Below are positions 48,601-62,134 of a DNA stretch of 64,000 bases, in pieces (within the stretch, counting starts at the first letter, position 1; each line of letters starts with the position of its first letter). A program made the translations under genes and the position numbers. The notes under the pieces were generated by a model. The model was not told the DNA's origin. It saw only the letters and a program-made list of their open reading frames with translations, and made no database searches. Origin of the DNA: Phoronis australis (taxonomy: Eukaryota; Animalia; Phoronida); NCBI GenBank assembly GCA_002633005.1, contig NMRA01000484.1, positions 248,001 through 312,000 on the forward strand. Reading direction: 5' to 3'.

Positions 48601-51600
48601 TTTCAGCATCAGACACCATTATTGTACTATTTGAGTTACAAATTAAGAAATATAATTCATCTAATCATATATTCCGGCAACAAATCGATCGACAATCATT
48701 TGCAGCAAACAAATTATCAGTAAAATGGATCTGCAGCATAATTCAGAGAAAAGTAAGTCAATTCCCATAATTCTTATGGTATTCATCACTTTTAAATAGT
48801 AAAATGGAAACTGACGATTGAGAAAACGGAAAAAAAACATATTTTTATGTTTGCCGAGACAGATTTCCTTATTTTCAAAAATGGAAAACTAGCGTTTCTA
48901 CTCGATTTTCTGCTTGCTCAGATCAAGTTTGGACCTGAAACCGTCAGAAGGCAAAATATGTTTAACATAAACAGTAACACATAAAAACTTACCTTTCGCA
49001 TAGTTCAAATATGAACATACAAATACACCCAAACGCTACAGCACACAGATGTCTCCAGTAGTACACGAATCTGTTCCTTTCATGGTCATCCTGCAAACAC
49101 AAAGTGGCACTGACAGAGAAAAGGATTATGAAGTCTATTATCAAGCTTAAACACTTACTTTAGTTTAATTTTATAATAAACCTGTATTTTATTCTGGTTA
49201 GCTGGCTAAAAACAAAAATCAAATTATGCCTTTTACTCTCATAAAATCGATCTCATAACATTCCTTACATAGACAGGATTCTAATTGCATTACCAAAAAG
49301 AATATCAAAACCGCAAGCAGCTCAAGAAAACACTTTAGAGTTCATTGCAGGTGGTAGACCCAAAACTTACAAATTTGAAAATGGCACATTGCATGTGACT
49401 TAAGTTACTGGTTCATTCCGCTAAAATCAAGATCAGACGAATGTGTTTCTAAACTCCAAAGCGCTTTGGTTAAGAATTCAACAGAGTTGAAATGCAGTTT
49501 CCACACTAACGAAAGAGAAAGTTAGATCAAAGCTGCTGAATGGGTCCGGGCCCGGTCCGGCTGGGTGACATCTAAAAGAATTCACACGGCTGGGTCCCAC
49601 CCCACAAACCTGAGACGAGGAATTTTACCTTCTCCAAAAATTACCTTCTCAGAAGGTAGCAGCACCTCTCCCCACAGGTGAAGAAGAGCCCTGATTATTG
49701 TTGATTAAAATACAACAACTTCAAGGTCATCTGTTTGCCCCTGGATGCTCATTTTAATAATCCAAAATCAACTTAAACACCAGCTGTCTGTTTCATGAAA
49801 CTGATCTATTACCTAAGATGGAATCACAATTACTGATAAAAAGTTTAGCCAAGTTTATTAAGAGCGGGTCACAACCTACAAATAATTGATGCAAATTATC
49901 TCAATTGGCATTATGCGTATATTCTCTGAGACTTTGCACTTAACTGAAATTTAATCATTTTTCTGAAATAACTGTTGGGAGTGTAAGACCAAATTTCTGA
50001 CTTAAATTTTAACTTGCTTATCATGAAGAAGAAATCAGTGTTGCCCTTATATACAAACCATCAAGTGTTCACCAGTGAAGATAATCCAGAAAGACATGAG
50101 GACGGTGTAGAAGACTCCTTGTCTAATGTCAGTCAGTAACAACATGAACGGCATGTCAAACCAAAGGGTGAACCACTCAACAGGAACTGAAGTAGATGAC
50201 AGTGATATGAGCACCAAGTACAGTAATTCTCCACATATTTCACACAAAAACAATTAACTGAATTATCATTTTTATATTTTTCAAAGGCCGATTACTTGGC
50301 TACAAATAGTGGACTTTACCAAATAAATATTATTTTGGCACATCTAAACAGTACAAAAAAATGCTATTAAAGTCAGATAATGTATTATTCCATTTAAGTT
50401 AAGTGTCTTTCAAGAGATGAAAACACAGTATTTATATAAGACATGGATATAGATTATGTATGGTAATTCTCCAATTGTTTCACTCAAAAATAATTGTCAA
50501 AATTGTGATTTTTACATTTTTCAAAGGCTGATTACTTTACTGCTAATACAAAAACATTACTAAATGTTGTTTCATGATCAACTCTAAACAGTAGAAACAT
50601 TATACTAATAGACTAAATTTCGGTTATCTTTATTTTTGTGGAGAAATATGCCTAACTAGACTTTCACTTGTTGGCCATATTATACATGATGACCTGACTG
50701 ACGTCAGTCACTAGTACCATGTACAGCACATTAAACTACAAGGTGAATCAGTCAACAGCAATACAATAAATAGTGACCATGGTTTATCATCTCTGGCCGT
50801 CAACATAGCTGAAAGTCAACCTGCTGATCAAAAATTACACAGATATACGCCATTTTCTAGCTTTGAGTAGCTAAGTTTCCGTATATTTGTGAACTAGAAT
50901 GGCCATAAAATGTGCCTACATTATCAATATAGTTAGCAGAATACTCACAATTCAAAAATGACATAGAAAGACCAAGACCAATCAGCATTCTGAAAAAGAG
51001 CATGAAATTATAATTAACATATAACTCATGTAGCTTGCACCTGTTAAAGAGTCCACAACCCATTTTAACATTACTGTCTGCATGACTTGTTTGCCAGCAC
51101 TTGCAACATGTTTGAATGGGTTGCGACTTGGGTGAAAAATAGCAACAGGTTCGGAAAAAAGGTGTCGTCATGGTTAACAATGTCTTTACTGGTTCAAATT
51201 ATGAAAAAATCTGATCAATTTAGGAAAAAAATAATTGGCAAAATTGACTATTTCATGTTTTCAAAAGTTTCGAAGATGGCAATTTCAGAAATCATAATCC
51301 GACAGAAGTTATGATACAGAACATTAACGATGTTTATGCATTTCTTTTGCATTTCCCTCTTTTACGAAAAACACCAAAAAATTAATATTCACTCATCCGT
51401 CATATTTTGTCATAAGGTTGTGGAATGAAAATGGATGTTTATTAGTACAACTAAAAGTTCACTTGTCTCAGTGCAGAGAACGCCACCTGTGGCCAAGCAC
51501 CCCCGACAAGTTACTTGGCATATCCCATGCTCCAGACATATTTGGATCTTCAGTTGTGGAGAGCACTGCATTACATTAACCAAATCTACACTATAGCATC

Positions 51601-54600
51601 AGTAAAATTGAAACCAACAGTACCATACCTCGATGAACACCGAAATATATTGCTGGAGGATAAGTAAACTATTCTTGTCTCCTTTAATGTGTAAATAATA
51701 CTGTGGTGAGGAGAGGTGTTGCTTACCAATTCAGAGACAGTACTCTAACTCTTCTCGTTTCAAATGTGCCCATATTTTCACTGCTGTATGTGTAATTATT
51801 ATGAGAAATAAAATATTTTTTAAATACTAAAAACAATATCTGCAGTGAACCGTGGTCCACCGTAGTTCACTACTGCAGCAGTTTCCAACAGTTACAATCA
51901 GCCACGGAGGGCAATGTATACAGTAGCGATACCGCAGTAAAATTTTAGTATCACTCTCATGACCATAGAATCGCCACAAACCACCCTGCAGGCTATCGTG
52001 GTGAACTGTAGCCACATGGGATGAAAATCAACGCCGTGAGCAGTTCTGTGACAGAGTAACTTGGGCACAAAGCTCATAACCTTACTTCTCCAGTACACTG
52101 GCAGGCCTGTTGGATGTTTTCACCCGTCTCCAGAACCAGATGACCACAGGCAGCAACAGCGGGAACACTATAGACTTGATGGTGAACCAGACTTTAGTGA
52201 AACCACCGTTCTGAGAGATGGCCTTAAAAACAACAACAGAATGAAGGTTAAGAGTACAAGAATGAGCGTACTACGTTTACTATACACACCACCAGTCTTA
52301 CCCGCGTTGATGCCAGGGGTGCATTCCAACATCAGGAAATTAAATGTTAATTCAGGAGGATAACATTAAGTTGAGCATAGGCGTTTAAAAACAAACTTTT
52401 TGAAAAGTCGGGAGTGGGCGTCTACCCGAGTAGTCAATTTGGGTTAACCCCGAGAGCTGCATTTACGTAAACTTCATCAATAGGGATGCTCAATAAGAAT
52501 TAGACCACCACCGTGATACTAATGAAACAGATAATTACAAAGATATTATTCAGAATCTCAGACTAAGTAAATGCTTTATGAAATTAACAAAAATTGAGTT
52601 TGCACAAAAGTAGATTAGAAAATGCTAAAATAAGTTTGAGTTCCATTTTGAGTAAAAAGATTAGACCAGGGTCCAAAACCACATTATGATGCTTTTTTGG
52701 CACAAGTGGTCTACATCAAAAGAAAGTTTTTAACAGTAGGCAGGTTCACATCAACTTTGACCTACCACAAACCAGATGTCCTTAAGGTCACCAATCCTGA
52801 TGTTGTGGCCCTTCTCGTAGTTGGGCGGGAGACGTATGTTCAGTAAATAGTAGTCGTGGTGACAGCTGCCCAACTCAAACAGTGGCATGATCGGACAGTC
52901 GTAATGTTCCCCGCTGTGTTGCTCATCCTATAACACCCAACATTTGTCATGTTCACTGCTATGTTTCTCATCCTATAATACCCAACAGTCATAATGTTTG
53001 TCGCAGTGTTTCTCATCCTATAACACCCAAAAGTCGTAATATTCACAGCTATGTTTCTCATCCTATGAAACCCAACAGTCGTAATGTTCACCGTTATGTT
53101 TCTCATCCTATAACACCCAACAGTCATAATTTTCACCGCAGTGTTTTTCATCCCACAACACCCAAAAGTCGTAATATTCACCGCTATGTTTCTCATCCTA
53201 TGACACTCCACAGTCGTAATGTTCACTGCTCTGTTTCTCATCCTGTAACACCCAACAGTTGTAATGTATGGCAGAACTAGTTGACACTCAGTTTCAAACA
53301 GACTACATATAACTGTTGAAAATTACTGCCCACCACTACTACCCCTCCCCTCCAAAGATGACCGGACAATGATGCCACCATGTGTCAAACATTTCAGGAA
53401 TGTTGCAAATATTTTTCCTTCACAAACTTGTCCTTCAACAACAAAGAATCACTCTTTGGCAGACTCCATGGAATGTTGCAATGTGTTTACGCACAAAGGA
53501 GGGTACACTGGACAGAAGTTCTCAAAAAAGTCTTAAATTAAGCACTTCTCGAAAAAAAAATGATAACTTAAAGAACTTTACTGAAGTGGAGTGAGTGGAT
53601 TTAAGCAAAAAAAAACACATGCTGACAACAAAAAAGAGACTTTTTCGTCGAAAACAGCACTAATTTCAAAATCTCTTCCTATCGAAAATCGGAAAAATTT
53701 AGCGCTACAGTAAAATCTCAATAATTTCATACAATAATGCTAATACTAATAATAATAGGGTCGGAAAGTGATGACATCATATCCCTAGCAACACCTCTAA
53801 ATTGGAGGCGATTAATGTGGCCGTGAACTATTCCTTTGCAATAACATATTTGTTGAAACCGGCAAAATTCAATAAATGTAACTTTTTAAAATCTGAAGCT
53901 CACGCCACAGGATCTGTGTACCACACGTATTAACCACATGCGTTCTAAAGCAGAGTTGAACTGGTGATTTTCCAGTTACAACCTGTTTACTTAATGCAAC
54001 TTCCCATAGAGAAGTGGCAAGGTTACAGCCAAGATGGTGGGATGTCCTAGGTGAACCCAGTAAAAAGACATCACACTTTCCGTCCCTATTGCCAAATTTT
54101 TCACTTTCCAAAGGCATTGTGGTGAATGACCACCACTCCTCAACACTCTGTTCAATGGCAGCTGCAGCATAGCACTTTAAAATAGCATAGCATTTATTTG
54201 ACACGTGTTATCTTTCATGGAAAAATCAAACTTTCTTTATCTGCCTTACTGTGCCTTGGATAGGTGAGATTTTAAGACATCCTGTTGCATCTGGAGTTCA
54301 TCAGGCTTATTGCCAAATTTTTGATTAAGCAAAGCAAATTTCGACAACCCTTTTGGAAAACTAAATGTCCATGAACTCACATGGATGATACTGGTCAGAT
54401 TACAGTTGAGTTTCCTGACCTCCGTCGAGCTAGCCAGCATTGTCCACTTGTCTTCCTCATCGCCTTTATTGCGATAGCCAATCTGAGTCACAAGTTCTAT
54501 GGTCGAGTTGGGAACTGAAAACAGAGGCAAGAGGTCACGTTGAACAGTCGGTACGTGACACTTATGTGATGACCTACCATTCATATGTGACATGATCAAT

Positions 54601-57600
54601 CCTTCGTATAGTGAGCGTCCAAACAGACACACTGGCTCAAATTTAGACACCCGAGCTGGGACGCCCTGTTCAGCATTTGGAGACCCAAGTAAAGTAAACA
54701 AGAAAACATTGGTGTCGCTTTTAATTTGCTAACAACAGCTCAGGAAGATTATCGACATGTCCAGGTACAAAAGTTAGACATGATGATACAGAACAATTTT
54801 ACATTTTTTTGCAGACCCATGTCTCCACAAGAACACTATAACAGCAATTTGACTAAGGCCTGGAGACATACCAAAGCAGTTATCAATGTTCTGAGACAAC
54901 TGAAAACCCCATTTTGGACACTTTATTTCTGAAATCCTGGATATACCCCGAGATTAGATGGTGAGTTTATTATTACAGACCCACACACTCAAAACTGATT
55001 CAGAAACTGGACAACTAGTAGTCAGTTGTCTAAAACTATGTCTGAAACATAATTTTAGCTTGGCACCTTAGAATAACACACCAGGTGGTAAAAATAACCC
55101 AGTTTTAGATATTTATAACATGATGTTAATACCGTAACTGAAATAAATAGTTCAAATTTACTGCAAGGCGAGACAATAACCCATATCAGACTGCAGACAA
55201 TTTACGTTGTGTGGCAAATGAATCTTCAAAGTTACCTGTCCCACTGGTAAGTTAATCTAAGCACTTGTGTTCAATAAGGCAATCAATAACTCATCAGAAC
55301 TTGATCGTCCTGCTCTGTTTTACATATTAATCAGAATTTGGAAACTGGCATATAAAAATTAAGTTCATCTAAATAACATGAAATGGGAAATTGAGATAAA
55401 CTCAAACACACTTAGATGCTCTAAAGACAATTAATATCTTTGATAATTTAGTTGTTTATTACAAACACAGAGAGAATGCATACCACTAGGTTCACATACA
55501 AAGCACTGCGTATTTTTATGTTTCCAAACATTTGAACCAATAACGACATATCATAAATTACTGTAAGTAAATGCATTTCACCGACAACTTACTGACTGCA
55601 AGTCCAGTTCAGCCAATCGAATTACAAATGACTCGTGACCAGTGGTGATTAAGATTTACAGCCGATCTTCCACGTGCTAGACGAATTTTCACCACGGAAA
55701 ATTCTTACATAGAGGGGAAGTTATTTCTTACAAAAACTAATGAATAATCTACCAGGCCGGCAAGGCAAAAATGATGATTATCCTAAAACATTTAAAGTTA
55801 TGAGAAATACACAAAGCATTCAAAATAACCACGCCATTAATTTTGCATTTTTGTCGTAAATGAACATGACAACCAAGCCTCCATGTCTAGTAGAATTATC
55901 GATCCAGCCCATAAGTGTTGAGACATGGGATACGAAGGTAAACACAGACAAGCTTGAGATTAGAAAATAATTTCATCATATTTTTGTTGCCATGGAAAGC
56001 CAAAGACAAAAAAACAAACAAAAACTAATCAAAGTCATAAATTACCTGAATGTATACTAGCAATTTAACATCACCATGTAAAAATTTCAAGTGCAAATAT
56101 TATCACTACTACTCTAAACATTGCATCACAACCTTTGCAACACTTTCATAGCTACGGAAATGGCAAAATGAATGTTAAACATGAATGACAAACTGTTCTC
56201 TAGTGCTAGATAAAACTGTCTCAAGCTTTGAATGACCCAAAAAGAAAAATGCTCCCATTATAATAATCTGAAAATTTCATATTTTGTTAAAAAATTTGAT
56301 CTGGCAAGGTTTGTAAAATTAATAAAGTTATGATTTATTTTTTCTTTACTTCAAATGACAAAGTCATTGCATGGTGGGTGAATAAAATCAATTGCTCTGT
56401 CTCCAGGATAACATTCAGAGAATGAAATGACTATGTGAGTGCTGATCCACGTAAGTAGCTATTTACACCACACTCTCGAAAACTGCGACAACAAGGAAGC
56501 AAGTTATTGACAGGAAATGAAAACAGAGTGCATGCTCAGTCTTACAATGGCACAAAAATGAATACCCATGCACAGCTGTGCATGTGCAATTATTGAGATG
56601 GTGACTACTATCTTTGCAGTGTTTTGGGTTTATATGTCAGGGCTCGATTTGTGACCTCAAATTGGTGATCTAGTAAAAATCTCAGGTTGCCACGAAGTTG
56701 CCTCGTCATAACTGAGCAAGCACTCAAAATACTACAGGAAATAAATACGGAAGTCGGAATCGTTAAGCAAAAATTGGACGGGCCGAATCATGATTGACCG
56801 CTTAGGAGGTGAACCTGTGCACAAGATATTAAGCCTGAAAGGGAGGAATCAGTTGTCACCAAACACGCGAGACGCTCGAGTTATTTTCCATTCTCCTAAT
56901 AGTGTGGGTGATCTTGGTGAGGCTTTTCACTTCAAAAATGTTATTGATTTCAGCTCTTACCAAAGAGGTTTGGCGAACTCAGTTCCCATTCGTCGACCTT
57001 GGAATTTTATCAGGTCACATTTCCCGAACTGACCTTATGCAAACGGTCGAGCCCCGAGTTGACAACGTGTGTCTTTTTCCTCTGCTTCTGCCTCTGTTTA
57101 TAGAGCTCTATAGTTGCACCACGTTAGACTGAGCCATGTCAACAGTGTGTAAATGTGACTTAAGCTACAAGTTTTTGTATTGTAGCATATATGTACAGAA
57201 TAAGCAAGTCTTGAAAAGGCCTTCAAGAAATCTGATGTTAAAAACCTTGTTCGATACACTACCTATCATATCGTACTCTCTTTCCTTGTTGTAGGCGATG
57301 TCTAGAGTGATGACTCCAATGATGTTTTGAAACCATCTTGACATATCCAACTGGTGACCTTCCTTAGGCAAAGGGAACTGGAATGCAAACACCACCATGT
57401 CTGCATGTATGCCTTTCTCTTGGATCTTGGGGTCTTGGAACGAGTCAACCTTCTCACAACGGCCTTTATAAAGTGGCCAGAAGAAGCGGGACACGTCTTC
57501 TTGTGGGTGGTAGTTGATGCATTTTGTACCCAGCACCTGTTCCGTCTTTGAAGGGGACGGCGCTGAAATACAGAGAAGCAGACGTGAACAGCATTCTCAC

Positions 57601-60600
57601 TGACTTTACACCGGGATAAGATCGGTTGAGAAGACACTACTTCGTTTTTTACAGTCTACACAGGGATTTACAATCATTCGTACGTTTTGGTGCAAGCACA
57701 GCCAGTCTCATCAGCCACTCGCTGGCATACTTGTTATAAGGTATACAAGAGTGATCCAATATGGCCTACGAGCAGACAAGTTTTTACCGATTGAAATTAA
57801 AGCAGGACAATTAAAAATACACTTCAAATCAGTATTGCAGGCATCGGTGCTGAACTTAATGTTTGTTTAGTGAAGACACCACCATGAAAGACAAATGGAA
57901 GCATCTGATGTAGGCAATATGCCTCAAATTCCACAGGTCAGTCACGCATGTGCAAAATAGCCCAGCATTTACAATAATGCCATGACCAGCACCTGGTTAA
58001 AGGTGTCTGTGGTGACAATCTCTGTTTTGAAAAAAGCGAAAGAATGGTTAAGTTAGGCATTTTTGTGAAGCCAGTCCATGGTTTGCTGGTCACTGTTGTA
58101 ACTACATGATCAGGGTTCCCACTGAGCAAAAATCAAAACATGGTGTACCTCGCGCGGCGATGCTTTTGCGACTAAATAAATTTGAAGTTAAGATGACTCC
58201 AGGGAGGGATTTGCCCATATAGTGAGGTATAAGGATATTCTAACACCTCAATAGGTATTTTGCTATTTTGGTTATTGCCTCAGGTAAGTATTTAATTCTT
58301 CAGGGTAGGGGTAGTTGCATTTTTAGGGTGTAGTGCCACACGTCTGCGGTTCAAATATTAGTGCCATTGCCATGTGAAACTCGGCGCAATTAGTCCTGTA
58401 TTTTTTCTGCAAAAATTTTCATAGGAAAAAATGTTTGTGTTAGGATACAATTTACCTGGTATTTTGAATTTCACCAAATTTGCCTGAACTAACACATATT
58501 TTTTACTCAATTAAGAGTAGTTTAGTGTCAATGCCTGCCAACAGGAGTGGCAAAAATCCAGCATTCTGACAATCAGCAGGAATCCTTGAGACACGACTGG
58601 TTGGAGCTACTTTGAATTACGTTAAAATAATTCAAAAATAAGATCAAGACAGAAGCACAACTAGATTTGTCAGTTATCATGGAGAGTGATTTTGACCATA
58701 CTTTGCTGGCCAAAATTGGTACTTGTCCTAACTTAACACAATGAAATGTACCTTGAGATATGAACCTATCATTTTTTTATTAACACTTCATTTCATGATG
58801 AGATTAGGTTTTTACAATAAATTTATTCCTCAGAAATGACCCATCATAGATCAGAGATTCAGGCAAACCTCCAGTTTCATCAGCAAATACATTCTAGTGA
58901 CTCAAAATCACAATCCTCAAAGATTCTACTCAGTCAGAATTAAGCCAACTGAAAGTCCACAATAGACTTTATCCAATAACCCAATACATACAATGACCCT
59001 TTAAATCAAGAGGCACAATAAAGCTTTCATCTACACAATACCAGTCTACACATTGAGCTGTTGATGGTACTCTCAGCAGGCCAGGCTTTGAATGTGGTGG
59101 AAATTGGCCAGATTAGCCACTTCACAGACACAGATGATGGCCAGGGCAACAGTTGGTGGCCATAACATATCATTAGCTGAACTGTGAAGGATGTCTGGCT
59201 TAGTATCAAGATCAAATAAAGCACTTCCAAAGGTTTAGTTTTTGAAGCACAGGCAAGAATCAATGTATAATGGGCAAAGTGAATATAGTAGACAGTCCCT
59301 GGTGATGCAGACACTTTCCCCAGCTTAGAACATATTGAAAAATGCAACAGGTCAAAGGGTAAATTGCCGCCACCAGCAAAACTGTAGACTGTGTCAGAAA
59401 TGAAATGAGAGGTTTATTAAAAATTGTCTCTATAAAGGTTTTCATGTTTGCATTTGTGGGTATGGTAAGTCTGCCAGTAAAGTTGACAACCGAGGAAGTT
59501 TAATGCCTAATCAACTAATTGGCACATAACCGAATTATTGGATTACAGAACCAAGATCTGTGCAAGTTGCGATTCAGTCAAAAACCAAACTTGTGATTCA
59601 CATCAGATTGATGCCTTGCCACAGTCCATCGTGCAAGACACCAAGCCTTAAGATCACTCTTGCTCCCAAAACCTTTACTGAAAAGAGGCATTGGAAGATC
59701 TACGGGTACTACTAGCTCAGTAAACTCTGCGTTAAAGTTGCAGACCTGCCCCAGTAGAGGGGTATCACTGAATCTCCCAACTACAGGCATTCTTAATTCT
59801 ATGGGAAATACTTGCCATTATAACAAGGCTATCACACACGTAAGTAGTGACAAAACTGCACTAACGACCCGGGTCGAGGTCAATGTTCAAAGATGTACCA
59901 GCGGGATTTGAACTGTTCATAATTAAGTATTCCAGCGTCTGTGGGAAGTGTGGGAGACCAGTTTAATATTTAATAGCAATAAAAGGACACTAACAATGCC
60001 AGATTTTGAGTACACTTAACTTCCACAGATCAACATTGTCCAGTGTAAAGTATGGTGATTCCCCCATTTACTTTTATGTATAAAAATTGTAAATTTTTTC
60101 CAAATTTTCGAATACTAATTAATTTATGCAAAAGGTGTTTTATGACAGTCGCACAGTACAAACCAAGCTAAAATAGACCTTACATTTTCTTGATTCTTAT
60201 TTTGGTTGGGAATTGTGTTTAAATAGAATTCCATGTGTCGTGAATGTTGCGTGTTAAATAGGTGAAGAACTACCGTAAGCAGTTTTCAAAAAGAGAGACC
60301 GTCACATCTGACTATTCAGCAGACCTTAGCACTATTGAGTTGTACGTTTTTACCATCATGTGACGCGCTCATTAAAAATGAGCTACACTACAGCTATAGC
60401 ACCTACTTGATCTTATGGTGATGTAGGCAGGTCCACCTGTCTTTCGTAGACAGGTGATCTCCCTATGACCCTCAGTCATACATTTTGACGAAAAATGTTA
60501 ACTGTACATCCTCTAAAAGTGTCCTTCTACACTCCACAGGTATCTATAGTGACGTGACTTCGGTGGTGCAGCCAGGGTGAAGTGTTATTTTTCAAAAAAA

Positions 60601-62134
60601 ATTCCAGTGTACAGGGCATATTAAGATGTACTACCGCCTAATGGTCAAATCACATCCCAAACCAGAAGTCGAATCTAGATCAGCCAGGTATCGGCATGAA
60701 AAGAGCTGGAAAACATTGAAAGAACTTTGAAGGAATAAGTAAATTTATCTCACAATCATCAGGTATTGGATTTAGTTTATCTTTGCACCAATTCTGAAAG
60801 CTGCACAGCAGCTGTTTGATATCTGAATCGCTGAATGAATTCAGACCTAGCTACATAATGTAGATGGACCGTGAAGTTTAATACATCAATAAAGAAATAA
60901 ATATAATTTTTAATCAAAACAAAAAGTTTATGTGGTGAATTTAGTAGTGATCGCGAAAATTTTTGCGCACTTAATGCTTAACGGCTGGTGTTTCATTTGG
61001 GGATCACACCGACTAGTGAGCCACAACACAAACACAAACACAAACACAAAATGTTTTATTCTCAATACAGTACAAGTAACTTCATAAAAAATTTACTGGA
61101 ACTTTTGACGTTTTGCTAAAGCGCATGCAACCAAGGTCAAGGTCATTGCAAGTCTACCACGAGAGGGACTTTACTATTCCGTGCTCTTACAGCTCCAAAT
61201 CCAAAAGTGGGCAAAAGTGGCGTAAACGGGTCCCTCTTAAAAATGGCTGCAGAGAACCAGCTTTCACTGAATAACGGCAATGTCCGTTACTCAGTGAAAC
61301 TGGTTCCCATCAGCCATTTTTCAGAGGGACCTGTTTACGCCACTTTTATCCAAAAATGAAAAATAAAAATTGTGTCTGGTTGTTTTTTTGATGAGTTGAA
61401 ATGACTTAAGTGTTAACTGTTGAGCTATATTTTATAGAGTAATGAGGAAATGTGTTCAGTGAGCTGGAGTTAACATTCCATGTGAGTTGAGCAAAACGCA
61501 AAACTATTATCTACGCACAACAAGTTAGTTTTAAACACATCATTTGGAAGAAGAAATGTTCTATCAGGATCGCACACTTAGGATTTGTCAAATATTGGTC
61601 TAGAACCCCCTTAACAGTTTAATGGCTTTATGAAAGATTTCACCCACGGACTACAATTTTGCAACAGGCACTTGTATTTCACAATCCTGAAATCCAGAGT
61701 AAATGGCAGCTGAAGTCCCTATGTGATACACCACCATCTATCTATGGTATGTTTTAAAATATGGAAATAAGGTGAGATGTTCAACAGTTCAGCTCGACTT
61801 CACTTGAAGGTTTCAAGCCTTTTCAAGGGCATTACAAATATTAAATGATAGATTTTAATTGAGTCAGTGTTTACATACACCACTTTTTAAAAAGCCTCTC
61901 TTAACACAAATCATATATCACTGAATCATGACCTAAGCCCAACAGGGGTTATCCAGTTCAACCCTTCATCGTACATACACAGTCATTTTATCAGGTCAAT
62001 CACTCACTCACTCAGTCATAAAACTTACCAATCAAGCCCCCACACAAAAAGAATGCTACTTGGATAAGGAGAAGTACAACTCCTAACGCCACCAGTTTTC
62101 GATTACTTAAAGTCTCAATGACGAGCCCGGCCAT
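42536..62134 (-). CDS. wls: Protein wntless (WLS/Evi/GPR177), 13 coding exons, 553 aa
   Basis: Exons with canonical GT-AG and matching phases sum to 1662 nt; hallmarks [49 protein letters not shown] (YEGL endocytic motif), GVYGMWNLY. Confidence 0.97.
43248..43509. repeat. 22-bp minisatellite, ~12 copies, abutting the exon 12 donor
   Basis: gtgaatgactaacact(a/g)cagtc repeated. Confidence 0.95.
43510..43599 (-). CDS. wls: wntless exon 12 ([22 protein letters not shown]...)
   Basis: 90 nt; |gtgagt donor. Confidence 0.93.
44230..45175. mobile_element. Old diverged copy of the same Helentron-like family in wntless intron 11 (duplicated at ~46230-47170)
   Basis: tgccacaagggagcac, tgccaccagaggcac and tgccatcagatggcac cores; decayed terminal hairpin gaccacataaagataagtgggagc. 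Confidence 0.7.
45248..45404 (-). CDS. wls: wntless exon 11, second copy (probably allelic)
   Basis: Same protein sequence as 47243-47399. Confidence 0.6.
45782..45925 (-). CDS. wls: wntless exon 10, second copy (probably allelic)
   Basis: Same protein sequence as 47778-47921; differences are synonymous. Confidence 0.6.
47243..47399 (-). CDS. wls: wntless exon 11 ([10 protein letters not shown]...SAFLT)
   Basis: 157 nt. Confidence 0.9.
47395..47668. repeat. Diverged 72-bp tandem repeat, ~4 units, starting at the exon 11 acceptor (also at ~45400-45670)
   Basis: Unit starts at 47395, 47467, 47539, 47611; shared agag.ata.at...at..gatatca...cag.ca pattern. Confidence 0.75.
47778..47921 (-). 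CDS. wls: wntless exon 10 (YTFIGLAG...KRFYQ)
   Basis: 144 nt. Confidence 0.9.
47922..48315 (-). other. U12-type (minor spliceosome) GT-AG intron of wntless
   Basis: 5' splice site GTATCCTTT; branch point TCCCTAAC ending 8 nt before the exon (…cctaac-ctagtcag|). Confidence 0.88.
48316..48379 (-). CDS. wls: wntless exon 9 ([12 protein letters not shown]...KLA)
   Basis: 64 nt; followed by U12-type donor gtatccttt. Confidence 0.93.
48993..49090 (-). CDS. wls: wntless exon 8 (DDHERN...FELCER)
   Basis: 98 nt; |gtaagt donor. Confidence 0.93.
50059..50186 (-). CDS. wls: wntless exon 7 (PVEWF...GEHLM)
   Basis: 128 nt. Confidence 0.93.
50949..50989 (-). CDS. wls: wntless exon 6 ([13 protein letters not shown])
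   Basis: tttttcag| ... |gtgagt; 41 nt; phases fit both neighbours. Confidence 0.88.
52086..52222 (-). CDS. wls: wntless exon 5 ([12 protein letters not shown]...VLEK)
   Basis: aag| ... |gtaagg; 137 nt. Confidence 0.93.
52766..52927 (-). CDS. wls: wntless exon 4 ([21 protein letters not shown]...YLLNIRLP)
   Basis: tag| ... |gtaggt; 162 nt. Confidence 0.9.
52895..53267. repeat. 45-bp minisatellite, ~8.3 copies, spanning the intron 3/exon 4 junction
   Basis: acagtcgtaatgttcaccgctatgtttctcatcctataacaccca. Confidence 0.95.
54381..54514 (-). CDS. wls: wntless exon 3 ([17 protein letters not shown]...RKLNC)
   Basis: ttttcag| ... |gtgagt; 134 nt. Confidence 0.9.
57263..57562 (-). CDS. wls: wntless exon 2 ([15 protein letters not shown]...DMSRWFQN...)
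   Basis: tttcag| acceptor; 300 nt; phase 1-1. Confidence 0.9.
61213..61347. repeat. ~65-bp-arm foldback hairpin in wntless intron 1
   Basis: aaaagtggcgtaaacgggtccctc...taacgg-caatgt-ccgtta...gagggacctgtttacgccactttt. Confidence 0.85.
62029..62134 (-). CDS. wls: wntless coding exon 1 ([14 protein letters not shown]...GGLI)
   Basis: ATG at 62134; g|gtaagt donor; 106 nt. Confidence 0.93.

Noticed and set aside
52840-53241. 133-aa ORF with [10 protein letters not shown] repeats
   Set aside because: Off-frame translation of the 45-bp minisatellite overlapping wntless exon 4
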